Assembly: GCA_030141605.1 (NCBI GenBank)
Contig: JAQGDQ010000183.1
Span: 62,001-126,000 of the forward strand
Length of the DNA: 64,000 nt
Direction of reading: 5' to 3'
Source: Tubiluchus corallicola
Taxonomy: Eukaryota; Animalia; Priapulida
Under the pieces are notes generated by a model. That model searched no databases and was not told where the DNA came from. It was given only the letters and a program-made list of their open reading frames with translations. Every line of letters starts with the position of its first letter. Within the stretch, counting starts at the first letter, position 1. Shown here piece by piece: positions 59,901-64,000 of the stretch. Made by a program: the position numbers and the translations under genes.

Positions 59901-62695
59901 TGACATCATCGGCTCGAGACATGACAGAGATGTAGCCATGTTTGTCCATCTGGCCTGCATCCATAGTATCATAATATCCCTAAGCAAAATAGTAACTTGT
60001 GCTCTATACTTAATTTTAAAGGAAAACATGATTAATTTTCACATCCTACCCTATTTTGAGGTTTGATAAAATATACTTTTTAATATGTACACAAAAATGC
60101 TAAAGTGTTTCTGGCAATTAAATATTAGGAATTAATGACACATCAGCAGCTTAATTAGCGACAGGTGCATACAGTTAATAATGACGTCACAACTGAACAC
60201 AATTTGTAATGACACAAACATTCCATGAGCGTATTACACATGTTTGCAAAAGAGAAAAAGTGGAATGCGAGACTACTCTATAACACTTACTTACAACAAC
60301 TCAGAAGAATTTCAAGTCAAAAATTTTAATGCCAAACTTGACACTGCGCCAACAAACTCGCGATTACCCCACTTATGCACATCACATTTCTAAAGCACAG
60401 GCGCTGTATCCATCTAACTACCAAACGGGCAAAAGTATGCAAAAGTGAAAAAGTAACGAAAGCGAACGTGAAATCAGACTTCCACGGTAATAATTCTTTC
60501 ATGCTAGTCATTCTTGGAAAAACAATATTTATGTGCTTGCAAACCAAAACTGTCCATAAGTCGGCTTAGTTAAAACTACAATACGATGCTTCAAAGTAGA
60601 ATGTACCAAAAATTTGATCAAATGTTAATTTTTTTGTTTTTTTATAAAAACAAACGCTAAATATATTGGACTTTTTATTCTAGCAACAAATCATCAAGAA
60701 AATGTCCAGAAAATACTAAAAATTAAATTTTATAAACCTGTACCCATTTCTCTATCTAGAAAGTAGCACTGCAATTTCAAGAAACTTGTATTTTCAAACT
60801 CCAATAGTAGCTAGTGGAAGCAGTCACTTTGCTTCGGGTTTTTGTTGTTGACAAGCCCAAATCTTCGTCAGGAAGAGCCATCTACTGAATTTAAACATAA
60901 CTTCAATGTGCTCTTGCAAAGTCCATAGCAACCACACTTTTTTACGGTTGCTAAGTGTTTTGTAGAGACGCAACAAAAACAATGGCTGACTTTAACAGTG
61001 ATTTTCTCAAGATTATGTTTTTCAGTGTGTAGCTTGTACCTCAACTTCAACGTGGATTATCTCAGCTTAGAAATAACATAGAGCGATGAACTTTGTACCA
61101 AAATGATCCTCATGAAATGGAGATTCAGGATTTGTGAATAACTAGAAAATGTTAATTGCCGAATTATGGACGATTTTGTTATGCAAGCACACGTATTTTT
61201 TCTTTCAATATTCTTTACAATGGATCATTTTGAGCTACAGCTTAAATTCTGTTCAATTTTCCTTTAACAATTCAAGCAACAAATAAAAACAGAATAAACT
61301 TTGGATGCAAAAAATTAAGAAGACATAATTACCACAAGTTTTCCTATTAGTAAGTACAGTCAACCTCGAGTATAAGGTACTCGCTTATAACGACATTCGC
61401 TTTTAAGGGACCACCAACACCGGTCCCTATATTTCGTAACATTTTTCCTTACAAAAATCTTTGTATATAAGGTACTCGGATATAAGGGACATTCGGTTAT
61501 AAGGGACAATGTCTTCAGGTCCCGCATAATAGCATAACAGAAACCCCGGTAAATTACCTCGCACATAAGGGACCATATGATCATAGCAAAATCGATCGAT
61601 TTTTAATCTCAATTTTTTGCAAACTCTGCCTTCGAACAGCTCGGTTTCCGCGGTCACATACATCTCGCATCACTGAAGGAGCTTCCTACATACCGTTTGC
61701 ACTGAATGTGTAGCAATAATCCATAAAAATATGGGTAAAAGTACGGAAAAGTACAGGTCTAGATACACCCTCGGTCTGACTAATCTTCGGCTATAAGGGA
61801 CATCGGATATAAAGGACGGTTTTTTCCGGTCCCGAGGTGTCCCTTATATCCGAGGTTGACTGTATTACCAACTGCTGATACTTACAGGGTATTCTGAAAA
61901 GTAAATCTCCTTGAATTTGGCATCATTGTCCCAGAGCGTTGACAGAGTTCCCGGCGGAAGAGGCAGTCTGTATTGAAAATGACACTGAATTACAAAGCTA
62001 GCATCTTCAATATTCAGCATTTGAGCAAAGAAAAGCGTTTTATATGGTACCGTTGAATTAGCCATCAAATTTAGGCAACATTAGCTCTAGTAAAAAACTA
62101 GATGGGTGTAAGCGGGAAAACTTTTAGGTGGTGTCACTCAACATTCTGTTTTTACAATGTTGTTTTTAGTTGTTTACCTTGCTCAGAGAGAATATGTATA
62201 CATTCAAACATAGCTACGTCACTTCTGCCATTTCACAGATTACCCTTGATAATTGGATAGATACTAGTCCTGCCGCAAGCTCTAAATTAACCAAACCTGT
62301 TGATCGATCTTGGCTTACAAAGTGCCTAACTGCTTAAGAAAGTTATGCACAAAGCTTATAACAAAATGGTACAAAGGAGCGTTTTTAATGAGTGTTTACG
62401 TTGCCTGTATGCAACAATTACATAACAGAGAAACTTATAAACAGTGACTGCCATAAAAAATTCTAACCAATTTACTTTATGAAGAAGTGATTTCTAGATG
62501 TAACATTGCAAACTTTCTCCAATTTTGCATCAACAAACGCAATAACATACAAAACAAAAGGGTTTGCAGTGATACTGCCGCCATCTATAAAAATTAATAC
62601 ACTCACCGCACATCTTTAAGTAACTTACTTGACACAGATGTGTCCCAATTCATCCACACCTGCCTCGCCAGTGCCATCTTTCTTCAAAACTGTGA
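53849..62695 (-). CDS. ACSS3: Acyl-CoA synthetase short-chain family member 3 (3' six exons; gene continues past the window)
   Basis: Exons 62629-62695, 61886-61967, 59857-59979, 59196-59295, 55195-55379, 53849-53947 join in frame. Motifs LPLPPG, GYYDTMDAG, SRADDVINVAGHRIS, IGPVAAF, LPKTRSGKIAR, TIED are typical of ACSS3/PrpE. Confidence 0.92.
55195..55379 (-). CDS. ACSS3: ACSS3 exon
   Basis: VRELIGPVAAFKKAVIIPKLPKTRSGKIARG. Confidence 0.94.
55490..55925 (-). mobile_element. L2 LINE 3' fragment
   Basis: KLQLIQNSAARLITKTRKYDHITPILRKLHWLPIKFRIQFK..PAYL and FKQHLKTHLF; (CATTA)-type tail. Confidence 0.9.
55957..56392 (+). mobile_element. Penelope-like element 3' end with hammerhead motif
   Basis: QHLHNNQSYADYYNDSNF..DPILCRQKEHATNLSLF*; close reverse complement of 9820-10218. 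Confidence 0.75.
56261..56296 (+). ncRNA. Minimal type I hammerhead ribozyme motif
   Basis: AGACA-CTGAAGA-GCTCTGCT-GAAA-AGTCT-TG-TGTCT: stem I, CTGANGA and GAAA cores, near-palindromic stem III; G at the cleavage site predicts inactivity. Confidence 0.55.
57970..58440. mobile_element. MITE family A, right TIR truncated
   Basis: Homologous to 15060-15513. Confidence 0.88.
58721..59073. mobile_element. hAT-type MITE carrying a single copy of the 72-bp satellite unit
   Basis: AGGGT(T)GAGCAT inverted ends; flanks ACAGAAAC / ACAGGAAC; 58777-58914 is the reverse complement of 4836-4970. Confidence 0.75.
59196..59295 (-). CDS. ACSS3: ACSS3 exon
   Basis: AILEHDDLAECAVIGVNDELKGTVPIGLLVLKH. Confidence 0.94.
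59857..59979 (-). CDS. ACSS3: ACSS3 exon
   Basis: GYYDTMDAGQMDKHGYISVMSRADDVINVAGHRISGGAIEE. Confidence 0.96.
60741..61108. mobile_element. Unclassified dispersed repeat (inverted copy at 63623-63984)
   Basis: About 360 bp of reverse-complement similarity between the two copies. Confidence 0.75.
61357..61862. mobile_element. MITE family A, complete
   Basis: TA|CAGTCAACCTCG..CGAGGTTGACTG|TA. Confidence 0.9.
61886..61967 (-). CDS. ACSS3: ACSS3 exon
   Basis: LPLPPGTLSTLWDNDAKFKEIYFSEYP. Confidence 0.94.
62629..62695 (-). CDS. ACSS3: ACSS3 exon
   Basis: TVLKKDGTGEAGVDELGHICVK; TTTCAG / GTAAGT, phases fit. Confidence 0.85.
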
Positions 62696-63149
62696 CTGAA
62701 ATAAACAGGCGGAAATTATCTAGCTGTACCAACTATCCGAACACTGTCACAGTTTACATGCTCACAGCCATGACTGACAGTGACCAGTCAGCCGACAAGC
62801 ATAACAATCTAAACGAGCTTGTGATGGTGTGGAAATGTTCAAACTGCAAAATGTCTGCTCTAGTAGCATCAGTTAATCCAAAGACAAAAGTTTATTTAAA
62901 CAATCGATTCTCTTGAGTGAGCAAATATCAGTGGAAGCAGTTCAGTTGTAAAGTAAAGTTTTTACGAACTACTTTTCTCTCTCAATTCGAAGCCAAAATT
63001 TAGCTTTCACCTTGACTTAATTTAAAAAGAAGAATTGTACTTTACCCTAGCAAGCTCTAGCATCATGACATAGTTTCTAAATTTTATTATTTGGACAGAA
63101 GAGCAAGAGTCGGTATAACAATCACTTTCCATTCCCCGAACTGTTGCGC

Positions 63150-63325
63150 AAGGGGAGTAGACGAGGGAAGTCGCCTGTACTCCGCGACAAAAGTTAAGCA
63201 AAGTTGGAGCTGGTCAGTAAATAGATGAGGGACCATCACAGCCAAAACTTGGACAGGGTCGCTTTATCCAGCGTGCTGATTCTGGCAGCTTACCTCCTTG
63301 GGGAAATATGCAGAGTTTTTTGCAC
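63150..63325 (+). mobile_element. Possible diverged 5S-related SINE
   Basis: AAGTTAAGCAAAGTTGGAGCTGGTCAGTAAATAGATGAGGGACC aligns with the 5S internal control region. Confidence 0.45.
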
Positions 63326-63459
63326 ACATCTAAATATGGCTGTGGTGATTCCAGTGACTTTTTAGAGGCTAATGAGTAAGATCCAAGTTACTTTTCAAAC
63401 AGGGATATTGAGTGGATGCTGCATTCAAAGTGCATGTAAATAACCCGAAGAAATTACTC

Positions 63460-63622
63460 CGGTCAGCCTCGGGTATAAGGTACTCGCTTTTAAGGGACAC
63501 TAACATGCAAGGGACCACCAATGCCGGTCCCGATTTTTCGTAACGTTTTTCCTGTGTAAAAATCTTCATATATGAGGTACTCGGATATAAACGACTTTCG
63601 ATTATAAGAGACGATATATTCA
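63460..63622. mobile_element. MITE family A, left fragment
   Basis: CGGTCAGCCTCGGGTATAAGGTACTCGC, homologous to 61357. Confidence 0.8.
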
Positions 63623-63984
63623 GATCATTTTTATGCCAAGTTCATCGCTTTATGCTATTTCTAAGCTGAGATGATCCATGTGGAAGTTGAGGTGCAGGCT
63701 GTGGATTGAAAAACATAATCTTGAGAGAAAATTACTGTTAAAGTCGGTCATTGTTTCTTTGTCGCGTTTCTACAAAACACTTAGCAACTGCACAAATGTT
63801 ATTAGTTGCTATGGATTTTGCAAGGGCACATTGAAGTTATGTTTACATCCAGTAGATGGCTCTCCCTGATGGAGGTCTGCACTTGGCAACAGCAAAAACC
63901 CGAAACAAAACGAAAGCCTCCACGAGCTACTATCGGAGTTTTTTTACAATTGCAGTACTAGTTTCTAAATAGAAAAGTGGGTAA
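63623..63984. mobile_element. Unclassified dispersed repeat (inverted copy at 60741-61108)
   Basis: Reverse-complement similarity to 60741-61108. Confidence 0.75.
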
Positions 63985-64000
63985 GAAGTTAAAAAACTAA

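Noticed and set aside
63100-63440. Next upstream ACSS3 exon
   Set aside because: No minus-strand frame resembles the expected WQTETG..GKPVPG segment; that exon probably lies beyond the window.

Overview
AT-rich, intron-containing genomic DNA from an invertebrate animal (inferred from GT-AG introns, metazoan-type 5S/SINE/LINE sequences and conserved exon structures). Three housekeeping genes were reconstructed by hand. Mitochondrial serine hydroxymethyltransferase SHMT2 lies on the minus strand (12 exons, 18675-34096, 487 aa). Bleomycin hydrolase BLMH lies on the plus strand (10 exons, 34127-46783, 460 aa). The last six exons of the acyl-CoA synthetase ACSS3 lie on the minus strand (53849-62695; 5' part outside the window). 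The predicted SHMT2 and BLMH start codons are head-to-head and only 30 nt apart. Introns and intergenic DNA are crowded with MITEs (Tc1/pogo, hAT, Harbinger, Kolobok, piggyBac types), LINE tails (L2/Crack, RTE), SINEs and Penelope-like fragments carrying minimal hammerhead motifs. There are also at least nine different tandem arrays, two of which visibly arose from internal segments of dispersed repeats present elsewhere in the window. A 5S rRNA-RTE chimera is inserted inside one satellite unit. The first 13.5 kb holds no recognisable protein gene but has signs of a spliced plus-strand non-coding or small-ORF transcript. All calls are by eye; no database searches were run.
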